This document shows, piece by piece, positions 26,010 through 38,420 of a DNA stretch of 64,000 bases. A model generated the notes under the pieces. It made no database searches. It had not been told where the DNA came from and worked only from the letters and a program-made list of their open reading frames with translations. A program made the position numbers and the translations under genes. Position 1 is the stretch's first letter. Each line of letters starts with the position of its first letter. The DNA is from Octopus sinensis (Eukaryota), in the NCBI RefSeq assembly GCF_006345805.1, contig NC_043009.1, forward strand, positions 64,728,001-64,792,000. Direction: 5' to 3'.

Positions 26010-26860
26010 CAGACCCTTTTTTTTGTTGATGACCTTCAGCTGTACTTGAGCAACGTTCCTGACATCAAGAAACAGTTAGAACTTGTCACAACATTTGCAC
26101 GGGGCATAAGAATGGAGTTTGGTCATGGAAAACGTCCATATTTGGTAGTCAAACAAGATAAGACTGTTGACCAAGCAAGGAATTGGATACCAATAGCCGA
26201 TCTATCTTGCCTATCACCAGTGACAAATGCTACAAATACTTTGGAATCTGAGATGAGTGCATCATATCTTACACAGAAGGCTAACTTTGCAATCCAAGAG
26301 CAGGAGACAGCTACTGAATACATAATCAACAAAAGAGATAAGGACATTTCTAGACCTCCAATCTGCGATAGAAAATGTTGACTGTGTCATGGCAGTGTGG
26401 AAGATATCACTCATATTATCTGTAGCAGTTTAAAAATGTCCACACTACTACTTTCCCATGAGATAAGATATTGTCACTAAGACAGTCTACAATACGCAAG
26501 AAGGACTGTCCTGAATGACACACCAAAGACAAAGCAGACACAGGTAAGTGTCCACACCTTTAAAAAGAAGAATACTGATGGAACATTCCAGCAAAATCAG
26601 CAACCTGATGTAAGCACAACAAGCCTGATGTTATTGTATGGGACAAGGAAAAAAATTGTACACCCTTGTAGAATTCAGTTGCACACAGAACATAGAAAAA
26701 AGGAGAACATCTTTTTAAAACAGCTGAGAAACCTATAGCTCTTATATCCATGGTGTAGATTTTTATTTGTTCCTATTATCATCATAGGTGGAGTGGATTT
26801 CCGTAACAACAGATTTGCATAGAAATCTAAAAATGTTGGGGTTCCTCAAACAGAGAACAG
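26010..26860 (+). pseudogene. R4/Dong-clade (restriction-like endonuclease) LINE remnant, internally deleted
   Basis: FVDDLQLY...IKKQLELVTTFARGIRMEFGHGK (RT), then AIQEQE...RKC*LCHGSVEDITHII (CCHC knuckle), HNKPDVIVWDKE...VEFSC (PD-D/E-x-K) and FVPIII-GGV. Confidence 0.75.
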
Positions 26861-27043
26861 AGCAGTCTGATTCACATTCTCCATATAAGAGTGATTAGAG
26901 GGAGAGAGAAAATGTGTAAAACATTTCAGGGTTTCTCCATTTGAGGTTCCTGGGTGAACATACACACACAATCAAATGTACATATGGAATAAATAAGGAC
27001 AGACACACAGAAAGTGTGATGAAACATACACTTGTGTTCCGTT

Positions 27044-27083
<40 letters not shown>

Positions 27084-27660
27084 AACAAGCTGCTTATCCA
27101 TATGCACATACATACACATCTATGCATATAGCCACCAATGTAGTTAACTACAAAGAGCTACCTTGTGTAATTCCAACCAGTGTCACTTCACCTGTCACCA
27201 GATCCCCATGGTACAAAATCCCTCCAAGGACAAAATCCCTCCCCTGGCAGTCAATAAAAATATTTTAGAAAAGTGAATAATTAGTCGATATTTTTGTGTA
27301 AAATTTGGAGGGATTTAGTCCTGACATCAAGCCCCATGGTTAGGTCAGCATTTGGCCTATACCACTTGACCATGCTAAACCATTCCATGTTGGAAGAGGT
27401 TAGCAGTCAATTAAATCAATGCCATTTACTTAAATGGCAGTTTATTTTATCTCCTCATGAGGGATAAAAACCAAAGTTGACCTTGGCAGGATTTGAACTC
27501 AGGACATAAATATCCAGAATATATGCCAGAAAGTGTTTTGTCCAATGCTCTAATAATCGTCAATTCACCGACCTAGTTATAAATGCAGAATTATAAATCA
27601 TTACAAAACAAGGTTAATTAGTCAATAAACATGCAATATTGTAGTAATAAAAATAGAAAT

Positions 27661-28042
27661 TAACAAAAGCACTGAGAAAGAGCAAATGTCTGCCAAGGCA
27701 ACACCAACGTCCTCTCAACGGATTAGCTGGAGATGATTTTTAAAATGAGAATATCTGAAATAAACTCGACTGCTCTCACAAACGAGAATTCTAAAAATGA
27801 ACCTGACCTCTCTCAAAAATTAAGTTAAAAAAAAACAGGAAAAATAATCCAGAATCATTGTCTGGTACCGGATTGGTCCCAAAATCTAATCAGTTCGTGC
27901 CAGTCACAAGGCCAAACATCCCTGAAAGTTTCATCCGAATCCATCCAGCGGTTCTTCAGACATCTTGCCCACAGACAGACAGACAGACAAACAAACATGA
28001 CTGAAAGCAATACCTTTGCCTTCGTTAAGGTGGAGGTGATAA
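27661..28042 (-). mobile_element. Helentron-associated interspersed element (HINE/DINE-1-like)
   Basis: Minus strand begins ttatcacctccaccttaacgaaggcaaaggt, contains (TGTC)n and ccgctggatggattcggatgaaacttt, and ends gccttggcagacatttgctctttctcagtgcttttgtta. The subterminal inverted repeat and 3' hairpin fit the HINE architecture. Confidence 0.7.
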
Positions 28043-28059
28043 CAGTGATGTGTACTTAC

Positions 28060-28163
28060 CTCTGCTTCAACTACGGCAGGTCCATTAGCACGAAACCGTA
28101 GGGTCTTTTTACCACTTCCTACCTTTCCACTTTTCTTTTTGGAATATGGCATATCAATAACAG
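28060..28163 (-). CDS. GIPC: GIPC internal exon (PDZ-GH2 linker)
   Basis: Acceptor ttcttcttgtag|CT, donor GAG|gtaagt, 104 nt. Reads (S)VIDMPYSKKKSGKVGSGKKTLRFRANGPAVVEAE, matching the GIPC G-[ST]-G-x-x-TLR-x-R-x-x-GPA motif. In frame with both neighbours. Confidence 0.95.
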
Positions 28164-28286
28164 CTACAAGAAGAAACAAACAAGAATAAATAAGACAAAA
28201 ACAATTAATTATTAATGACGGAAACAGTATTTAATACCAAAAGGTAATGTTTATATCTGTATTTATTTTTTTCTGTATTTATTTAA

Positions 28287-29258
28287 GGCGGTGAGCTGGC
28301 AGAAGCGTTAGCACGCCGGGCGAAATGCTTAGCGGTATTTCGTCTGCCGTTACGTTGTGAGTTCAAATTCCGCCGAGGTCGACTTTGCCTTTCATCCTTT
28401 CAGGGTCGATAAATTAAGCACCAGTTACGCACTGGGGTCGATGTAATCGACTTAATACCTATGTCTGTCCTTGTTTGTCCCCTCTGTGTTTGGCCCCTTG
28501 TGGGTAGTAACGAAATAAGTATTTCGTCTGCCGCTACGTTCTGAGTTCAAATTCCGCCGAGGTCGACGTTGCCTTTCGTCCTTTGGGGTCGATAAATTAA
28601 GCACCAGTTACGCACTGGGGTCGATGTAATCGACTTAATACCTATGTCTGTCCTTGTTTGTCCCCTCTGTGTTTGGCCCCTTGTGGGTAGTAACGAAATA
28701 GGTATTTCGTCTGCCGCTACGTTCTGAGTTCAAATTCCGCCGAGGTCGACTTTGCCTTTCATCCTTTCGGGGTCGATAAATTAAGCACCAGTTACGCACT
28801 GGGGTCGATGTAATCGACTTAATACCTATGTCTGTCCTTGTTTGTCCCCTCTGTGTTTGGCCCCTTGTGGGTAGTAACGAAATAGGTATTTCGTCTGCCG
28901 CTACGTTCTGAGTTCAAATTCCGCCGAGGTCGACGTTGCCTTTCGTCCTTTCGGGGTCGATAAATTAAGCACCAGTTACGCACTGGGGTCGATGTAATCG
29001 ACTTAATACCTATGTCTGTCCTTGTTTGTCCCCTCTGTGTTTGGCCCCTTGTGGGTAGTAACGAAATAGGTATTTCGTCTGCCGCTACGTTCTGAGTTCA
29101 AATTCCGCCGAGGTCGACTTTGCCTTTCATCCTTTCGGGGTCGATAAATTAAGCACCAGTTACGCACTGGGGTCGATGTAATCGACTTAATACCTATGTC
29201 TGTCCTTGTTTGTCCCCTCTATGTTTAGCCCCTTGTGGGTAATAAAGAAATAGGTAAT
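28287..29258 (+). mobile_element. tRNA-derived SINE (family A) with a 184-bp internal unit amplified x5
   Basis: One A-box head (ggcggtgagctggcagaagcgttagc). The B-box unit gagttcaaattccgccgagg recurs at 28359, 28543, 28726, 28910 and 29094. Confidence 0.92.
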
Positions 29259-29599
29259 GTTTATATCTGTAGCGAGGTACAAGAAGCCAGTGCCATTTTG
29301 TACAAGATCTCACCTGCAACCATTTGCCATGTGCGAGACGACGGCGAGACTCTCGTTGGCAACAACTATATAAGCAGAAGGATTAAGACATTCTTGCTTT
29401 TTTCTTCCTTCTTGCTTATGCTGAGAAACTCTGTGAAGCTGGCAGCTCACAGCGGACTCTTATCCCACTCTAACTTCACCTGTTATCTCCAGAGGTAATG
29501 AATGAACCTCACGTGAACGGGGCTATAATGAACCACATGCTACCATAAAGATGGTCACTGGATGTGAACTACATGAACAAGAAGTAAAATAAACAACAA

Positions 29600-29769
29600 G
29601 GCGCAGGAGTGGCTGTGTGGTAAGTAGCTTGCTAACCAACCACATGGTTTCGGGTTCAGTCCCACTGCATGGCACCTTGGGCAAGTGTCTTCTGCTATAG
29701 CCCTGGGCCGACCAATGCCTTGTGAGTGGATTTGGTAGACGGAAACTGAAAGAAGCCTGTCGTATATAT

Positions 29770-29809
<40 letters not shown>

Positions 29810-30020
29810 GTTTGTGTGTCTGTGTTTGTCCCCCTAGCATTGCTTGACAACCGATGCTGGTGTGTTTACATCCCCATCACTTAGCGGTTCGGCAAAAGAG
29901 ACCGATAGAATAAGTAATGGGCTTACAAAGAATAAGTCCCGGGGTCGATTTGCTCGACTAATGGCAGTGCTGCAGCATGGCCACAGTCAAATGACTGAAA
30001 CAAGTAAAAGAGTAAAAGGG
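29600..30020 (+). mobile_element. tRNA-derived SINE (family B, internal TA/TG microsatellite). Further copies at ~36940-37335 (-), 38720-39065 (+), 42845-43660 (+, two), 50860-51255 (-), 52385-52760 (-), 59160-59600 (-), 59605-59760 (+), 60530-60650 (+) and 61970-62375 (-)
   Basis: Head ggcgcaggagtggctgtgtggtaag...gggttcagtccc, ccttgggcaagtgtctt motif, tail aacaagtaaaagagtaaaag. Confidence 0.88.
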
Positions 30021-33000
30021 TAACTATTGAATTGCACTCCGCTTGTAAGCTTCTTCTTTGAGTTCCTGATTCTTAAGACTACAGAAATAATTGTAATGGG
30101 AGAAGGAAATATTCCACAGACATCACAAGCCTTTAATTCCATTTTATATCCAACTTAACATAGATTCTCTGTCAGAACAGCAAATATTGTGTTCCTGCAT
30201 AAAAGCACACACAGAGATCATAACAAATGGAATTCTTCTGTTATGGGTGCCTGATGATTCTTGCTTGCTATGATCTGTGTATGTGCTTCTATGTACGAAG
30301 TACTTATATGAGAAGATCTCTCAAGGCTAATAACAAGGCATTCATATTAAATTGGATAATACAAATGAAACCTGACCCTTTGAACCCATAATGCTGGTTT
30401 ACGGGGGGATGGCATTTTTTGCTCTATACCATAGCACCACTCTAACTGGCATATACCTGGCTTCCTGATGGTGGGGTACATCAGGAAGCCAGGTATATGG
30501 TCAAATAAGGTTCAGGAGGTCAAGGCTCAAAGGGTTTACGGATTTTTTAATAACAAACAAAATTAAGGATTTTTGTATAAATACAAAATTAGTGAATTAT
30601 ATAGTTCAATGATGAGCTTGTAAGATGTTCATGCCACACCCTAGAGTATTAGTGGTATAAATGTATTTACAAATGGGAACTATGCTTGTTTCATGAAATA
30701 CAAAACAATGTTTAAGTTTCATCTTTTTTATTTAATAGTTTTCATATTTTCTTATTAGTTTTTTGCAGTTGGTTTGGAACAGTAAAGTCCCTAAATCTTC
30801 ATGAATTTAGGAAGTAGAATTCCAGAATTCAATCGGTATATGGGAAACAACACAAATGCCAAATACACTCAATTCAATTCTTAATAATGCAACTGTGAAG
30901 GTCTACGAATATCATCAGATATCTTCATCATCATTTACTGTTTTCCATGCTGGCATGGGTTGGGCTTATAAACTCTCTTACTGCAAACCAATTGTAAAAA
31001 GCTTATATGACAAATCTAAAGATATAAAGATGATAAAATGTAAACATAAGCGTGCATTTAATGAAACAGGCATAAGAAAAAAGCCACTTCCCATAAATAT
31101 AGAGGTCTATGTACACATCTTAGGATTTTACCACTGTCCTTAGTTAGTGAAGGGAGAAAGTGCAGTGGCCATGACTTTTGCAACCCCCTACACCCATTTG
31201 GTGAGATTGACACCCAGCCTGAAAATATCAGCTGGTCAATGTTCTAAAAGGGAATCAAAAGTTTAACCTCGTTACTGCAACAGAATGAACTCCACCAAAG
31301 GCAGCCAAGGGTCAGGTTGTGATGTTAAATCTAGCAGGGGGTCACACCTACCACCCAAATTAAAAACAACACAAGGACCATGAGTTAGCGATAAAACAAA
31401 TGGTGTGTTAGACCTAAGACTAATGATTATTTTTGTTTGTATTATTTGTGTACAACAACAGTGAAGGCATGTGGCCAAGTGGTAAGGCTGTTGAACTCAC
31501 AATCACTAGATCATGAGTTCGATTCCCTGATTGGGTGGTGCATTGTGTTCTTGAGTAAAACACTTCATTTCACGTTACTTCAGTCCCCTTTTCAATCAGA
31601 GGGGAATGTTGGCCTGCTTGTTTAGCCAGCAGGGTGGTGTAATATGAAAGCTAAAACAATGCAAAACACATTGTGACCAGCGATGTGTAACAACATCTGA
31701 TAGCCTGATCGGTCACATAATCACGTGACAACAACAGTAACCATTTATAGCAGGATCGAAACTCAGAATAAAATACCCCAAAACATTTGGTTCCGCACAA
31801 CCAATTCTGCCAATCTCAATGTATATGTACATTATTTGACCAAACGTGAAACGATAGAATAAGAGAAAGGGAAAAATGTAGATTAAATCAAATGCTGTAA
31901 TTTAACAAATTAAATACGAAGGCGCATGGCTTAGTGGTAAGTGGTATGTAGGTGAGCTAACGACCGTAAGGTCTCACAGATTTAATTTAGAAACTGGACA
32001 AAATGTTGGGTCCTTAAGCAAAGCCCTTCACTTCACAATACTCCAACCATGCTTAAAGCAACAGGGTAGGGGTTAATTCTGCAAGGACCAGATGTCAATT
32101 CAGGGACTAGTATTGTACTCTCAGTCACTTAATTGCCAAAGAAACTGGGATCAGCTCTTATGTGGTCATACACCCTGGTGGAAATAGCAGCCAAATATCC
32201 CTTATACCACACGTTATATATATTGCATAACATTGTTTATGATATCCTTATCATTCCTCATCATCATTTAACATCTGTTGGCATGGGTTGGACTTTGACA
32301 GGAGCTGGCAAATCAAGAAGCTGCATCAGGCTCCAGTTGTTTGTTTTCATATGGTTTCTATGGTTCGATGCTCTTCCTAATGCCAACCACTTTACAGAAT
32401 GTACTGGATGCTATTATTACATGGCACCAGTACAGGTACTTTTTAAATGGCACAGACACAATAAAAAAAATATTTTTTAAAACACTGACAAAATAATTGC
32501 AGTTGGAATCGAAATCGCTCAAAAATCAATGGAAATTGTAGTTGTGATACCAGTGCCAGTGGCATGTAAAAGAACCATCCAAACATGGCTGTTGCCAGCG
32601 CTGCCCCGACTGGCATCCATGCCGGTGGCACGTTAAAAGCACCAACCGATCGTGGCCATTGCCAGCCTCGCCTGGCACTGTGCCGAGGAAGGGCATCCAG
32701 CTGAAGAAACACTGCCAGATCAGACTAGGCCTGGCACAGCCTTCTGGCTTCCCAGACCCCAGTCGAACCGTCCAACTCATGCTAGCATGGAAAGCGGACA
32801 TTAAATGACGATGATGAAAATGATGAATCAGGGATGAGAATTAACAGCAACAACAAAAACAGTATACAAAAACATGAAGAAAGAAGGGCACTTCTGTGTT
32901 GGACCTCTTCACTGATGGAAATGGAAGAAATTTTAGGAAAGATGTTGCATTGTACACATGGTCCAAGCATCATACATTAGACATTAAGACTCCACCATTG

Positions 33001-35859
33001 CCAACGATGGTTGAAATAGAAGAAACCATTTGTTGTCAACAGAATATCAGCAACAGACAGGAGGTAAGCCCATCAAAGGGTTACTCCTCCACACCTTTTA
33101 GGGGGTAGTAATCTTGTATTCTTGGTCATTTATATTCTATGGAAATCCCAATGGTTGAGGCAGAAACCCTTTGTGGCCAACAGAGGTAACAACTTCCTCA
33201 TAACTGGGGCAACAAATTCAACAGCTCCCAGTGCTCTTCTAACTGCTCTACTTTCCACTCTTATAATTTCACCCTCATCACTTCTGCCTCCAATTACATC
33301 ACATGTGAATACGAGTTAACGAGGGAGCCAACCCCTCACCCACCACAACGTCATTTGACCCACCAGAAATAAGAGCCAAATTTACCTTGAATCACATCTT
33401 GCTATTTTAAAACAGAAAAGACACATTGGATTATGTATTCCTTGATACACTGTGAAGGTGACTTAGTGGTTAGAATATTTGGTTCTTGATCATAAAGTCA
33501 TGAGTTTGATTCCCAGCACTGTATTGTGTCCTTGAGCAAGACACTTCACTTCACATTGCTCCAGTCCACTCAGCTGGCAAAAGCGAGTTGTACCTGCAAT
33601 TCAAAGGGCCAGCCTTGTCACATTCTGCATCACACTGAATCTCCCTGAGAACTATATTAAGGGTACGCATGTCTGTGGAGTGCTCAGCCAGTTGCATGTT
33701 AAAATCACAAGGAGGCTATTCTGTTCATCCATGCTGGAACTCTCATCATCATCGTTTAACGTCTGTTTTCCATGCTGGCATAGGTTGGATGGCTTGACTG
33801 GGGACTGGCAAGCCAGGAGGCCCACACCAGGCTCCAGTCTGATCTGGCAGTGTTTCAACAGCTGGATACCCTTTCTAATGCCAACCACCCTGAGAGTGTA
33901 GTGGGTGCTTTTTATGTGCCACCGGTACGGGAGCCAGTCAGGTGGCACTGGCATTGGCCACGTTCAGATGGTGCTTTTTATATGCCACTGGCAAGAGAGA
34001 CAGTCAGGCGACACTGGCAACGACCCGTGCATGAATGATGCTTATTGCATGCCACCAGCATGGAACCAGTCAGGTGGCACTGGCATCAGCCACAACTACA
34101 ATTTCCATTTGATTTTGATTTTGATTTTACTTGACTCAATAAGCCTCCTCAAGCACAGCATGTTGCCTGACAGTTCAAAGGTACTTTTTAAATGGGCTGT
34201 TTATGCGACACTGGTGTAGGCTACAGCCATGATCTCACTTTACTTGCCAGGTCTTCTCAATCACTGCATATCTCCAGAGGTCTTGTTAACCAATTGAGAG
34301 CCAGAGAAAAAGATACAGTGTTACAACAAAGACCAGACTGTCACATCTGGCTGGAATGCCTTGGACCTTAAACCTGCTGAACTGGGACAAGAACAACTGC
34401 AGCAGCTCCACTGAGCAGGGATTACCGACTCTTGTACTTGAGATGTATTCTTTTCTTTTATTTGTTTCAGTCATTTGATTGCAGCCATGCTGGAGCACCG
34501 TCTTTATTTGGATACAGTATAAGAAAGACTATAGTATCTAATGCTGTTTAGGCCTAGGAACAGCCCTGTTCAAAGTTGTTCTCATCATGGCCATCCCTTC
34601 TTACATATATATCTATGACTACATTATCAAAAAAATGGCACATTGCTCAGTGATTTACAAGGGTTCACATCCTACTACAGACATTTCCTAATGTCTCTTG
34701 ACAAAACATTTAATTCTGTTTGTTGTTGTTGTTGTTTAGCCTCAGGTGGTCATTTCTGACTGAGCAGACCTATAAAACAAGGCTTTCAAACTAAGACCAT
34801 CTCATCCTTTTTTGGGGCATGTATATTCATTGCCCCACTAATGAGGAGGTTGTTACCTTTGTTGGCAACAAAGGGTTCCAACCTCAACCACAGTGGGGGG
34901 TTGTTTACTTCTGTTGAAAGTCATCTACCTCAACCATCAGGATTTCCTTGGAAGTGAAGGCACATGGCTCAGTGGTTAGAGCATCTGGCTTACAATCATG
35001 AGGTTTTGCGTTCAATTCTCACACCTGGCTGTGTGTTGTGTTCTTGAGCAAGACACTTTATTTCATGTTGTTCCATTTCACTCAGCTGTAGAAATGAGTT
35101 CTCTTTCCAAGATAGCAAGGTGTACTTTGTGAAAGATTTGGCTGCTGTTTTTAACAGACTGGGCTGCCTCAAAGACACTGCATCATTGTTTTTGCATCTG
35201 TCTGTCTAAAGATGTGGTGGGCATCCTACAGCCCATGGGACTGAATAATGGCTTGCCAATGAAAAATTACCTGGAATGTTTTTAGTAGTGTGGCCCACCT
35301 GATGATGAGCCATATCTCATGTGGCCCACCTGATGATGAACCATGTTTCATGTGGCCCACTTCTTGGATAAGGGTTGCATACATACAAACATATACATAC
35401 ATATACATATATATATATACACACACACATACATACCTACATACATGCATACATACATACAGACGTACATACATACATACCCATACATATATATATATAT
35501 ATATATATCATATATATGTTATCATTAAAAGTGTGAAACTGAGTGAGTGTTAGCAATTGGTTGATAACTGATGAAGAATTAGGGACCTTCAGTGTTTGTC
35601 CCCCATTCAGTTTTATGCTCTGTATATGTTATGTTGTATATTTATTTACCATACATTTTTCCATTTATTACTTCTATACACACACATATACACACATATA
35701 CAGGATGAGCTTCTTTAAGTTTCCATCTACCAAATCCTCTTTGGCCCAATACTACAGTAGAAGGCACTTGCCCAAGGTACCACGTGGTTGGGAAGCAAGC
35801 TTCTTACCACACAGCCATGCCTGCCTCTTATAATAATAATAATAATAATAATAATAATC

Positions 35860-36298
35860 ATTTTTACTCTAGGTATAAGGCCCAAAATTTTGGGGGAGGA
35901 AACCAGTCAACCACATCGATCCCAGTACACAACTGGTACTTAATTTATCCTGAAAGGATAGCTCGACCTCAGTATGCAACTGGTACTTAATTTATTGACT
36001 CCGAAAGGATGAAAGGCAAAGTCAACCTCAGACTTAGAACTCAGAATGTAACGGCAGATGAAATACATATTTCTTTACTACCCACAAGGGACTAAACACA
36101 GAGAGGACAAACAAGGACAGACAAATGGATTAAGTTGATTATATCGATCCCAGTGCGCAACTGGTACTTATTTAATCAACCCCAAAAGGATGAAAGGCAA
36201 AGTCGACCTCGGCGGAATTTGAACTCAGAACGTAGCGGCAGACGAAATACTGCTAAGCATTTCACCCGGCGTGCTAACGTTTCTGCCAGCTCGCTGCC

Positions 36299-36300
<2 letters not shown>
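35860..36300 (-). mobile_element. Family A SINE with a duplicated internal unit, abutting (AAT)n next to the PDZ-exon donor
   Basis: Reverse complement of the family A head at ~36260-36300, core repeated. Confidence 0.88.
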
Positions 36301-36367
<67 letters not shown>

Positions 36368-36407
36368 TAATAATAATAATGAATAATAATAATAGTAAAG
36401 TACATAC

Positions 36408-36777
36408 AGAATCCAGACTTTAATGGTTCCACTATTCGAAGAGTAAATGTGGTGCCTTTTGGTATTTCTTTCAACATTTTGGCAACTTCAAAGTGTCGAC
36501 AACCTATCAAGCTCGTACTATTTATTTTTTCCAAATGGTCCCCTACTTTTACTTGAGGCATTTTGTCCATAGTGCTGTTCTCTTTGATTCTTTTGATGAA
36601 TGCGTAACCATTGCCGTTGTCTGTGATAGTTAGTCCAAGAGCGTCTTCAGTTTTGGTAATATCTATTTCTTTTGGCTGGCCTTTCAAGTGAACGAATATA
36701 AAATCCTCCAGACCTATTTGGCCTCCGAGAAGTTTGGTCATATCGACTTTGTGGGAATTCAAGGTACAAAATAAGAT
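36408..36777 (-). CDS. GIPC: GIPC PDZ-domain protein, internal exon (end of GH1 plus the whole PDZ domain)
   Basis: Acceptor tttttttttctag|ATC. Translates [65 protein letters not shown]...[31 protein letters not shown], recognisably GIPC. Donor T|gtatgt. 370 nt, phase 0 to 1. Confidence 0.97.
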
Positions 36778-38220
36778 CTAGAAAAAAAAATAAATATGAA
36801 AAATATATAAATAAATAAATAAGAAAAATAAATAAATATTCAGATTTTTCTTCAATTGAAGGGAAAAGAAGATTTTAGAATGAAAAAATCAAAAATATCA
36901 GATTCTGTAAAATTCTATTATCTGTCTATCTTTCACTTGCTTCAGTCGTTAGACTGTGGCCAAGCTGGAGCACTGACTTGAAGAATTTTTAGATGAATGA
37001 ACCAACCCCAGTTTAGCACTGGGTCGATTCATTCAACTAAATAATTCAACTTCGTTTAAACCTGTCACTTATTCTATCGGTCTCTTTTGCCAAACTGCTA
37101 AGTTACAGGGATGAAAACACACCAACACCGGTTGACAAGTGATGGTAGGACACACATACACACACACACACCTGATGAGCTTCTTTCAGTTTCCATCTAC
37201 TAAATCGACTCACAAGGCTTTTGGCTGGCCAAAGATTTTAGTAGAAGACACTTGCTCAAGGTGTCATGCAGTGGGACTGAACCCAGAACCAAGTAATTGG
37301 GAAGCGAGCTTCTTGCCACACAGTCATGCCTGTGCCACCATGTTCTGAATTCCTATTATTGTTAAAATATTTATCTTTGTATTTTTACTGTTTAGGTCAA
37401 AGGTGTAAAGGCAGACATATTCATGGTCGTTTTTGATATTTTCAGTCTCCAAGTCAGGTGGAAAGGAATTATCTTTAAACCAGAATGCTGACCAAAATTC
37501 TTGCAAAAGAGAGAACACTCTGCTTGAGGGCCCCAAGGACCATGATAGGTAGGTTGGTCACAAGCCCTCGGTCTCCCAAGTTTCCAGCTTAATCTTGCTT
37601 CCATGAAAGTCAAAGGGTTAATTTTACATCCTTGTACTGGATATATAAAATAACAAATCAGGGGTGAAGAAAATATATACACGATGCACTGCTATTACTA
37701 TCACACGAGACATATGCATGTGTGTGTGTGTGTGTGTGTGTGTGCACGCATGTCTGTGCATATGTGAATGTTTGTGTCTCCTTTTCTGCCTCGGATACCC
37801 CAACCACAATCATCAACCGTAACAATATAACCTACAAACCAATGAAATAACTTCTACATGGTTACTCAACCTGCTAGAAATAGCAACCATAATTCTCTCA
37901 CTCAGATCAGCCCCAATCGTTTCACAAAAGATCAATTTGGACAACGTGACCCTGGGTCCTCTCCCACAAGAAAAACAAGACTGTCGCAACTGGAATGTCT
38001 TTGATCACAAGCCTACTGAATTATGGCTCACCTGGGGTTAAACGATTACAACATGTATGTAAGAGCCAATGAGGTGGGGGGGAAAGCAATTTATTCTTCC
38101 TCAAATCACACTCTGTTATTATCTTTAAAAAAAACGGAAAAGAAATCCTAGGTTCCTATATATATATAAACTCTCCCTATATATAGGGAGAGTAAACTCT
38201 CCCTATATATAGGGAGAGTT

Positions 38221-38420
38221 TACGAAAAAAACAACAAAAGACGAAGACAGGTGGTGTACAAAACAAACACATGTATTAGTATAATGCTCAGGAATAGAAA
38301 AAGTCTTTTATGTTTCGAGTCTACGCTCTTCTACAGAAAGGGATACAGAAAAAACAAGGAGAGAAACAAAGAGAGAAAAACGGAGAGAAACAAGGATAGA
38401 AAAAAATGTGTGTAGTGGCT
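38221..38420 (-). mobile_element. Penelope-type pLTR fragment
   Basis: Contains the hammerhead-like motif at 38305-38340 and the tail gagcattatactaatacatgtgtttg, homologous to 53790-53830 (plus) and 51270-51330 (minus). Confidence 0.5.
38305..38340 (-). ncRNA. Decayed hammerhead-like motif in a Penelope-type pLTR
   Basis: Minus strand CTTT-CTGTAGA-A-GAGC gtag ACTC-GAAAC-ATA-AAAG. Core A6 and G16.2 differ from consensus. Confidence 0.4.

Noticed and set aside
36274-36407. ORF-track extension of the PDZ exon into a poly-Ile tail
   Set aside because: It is read-through past the gtatgt donor into an (ATT)n microsatellite and a SINE.
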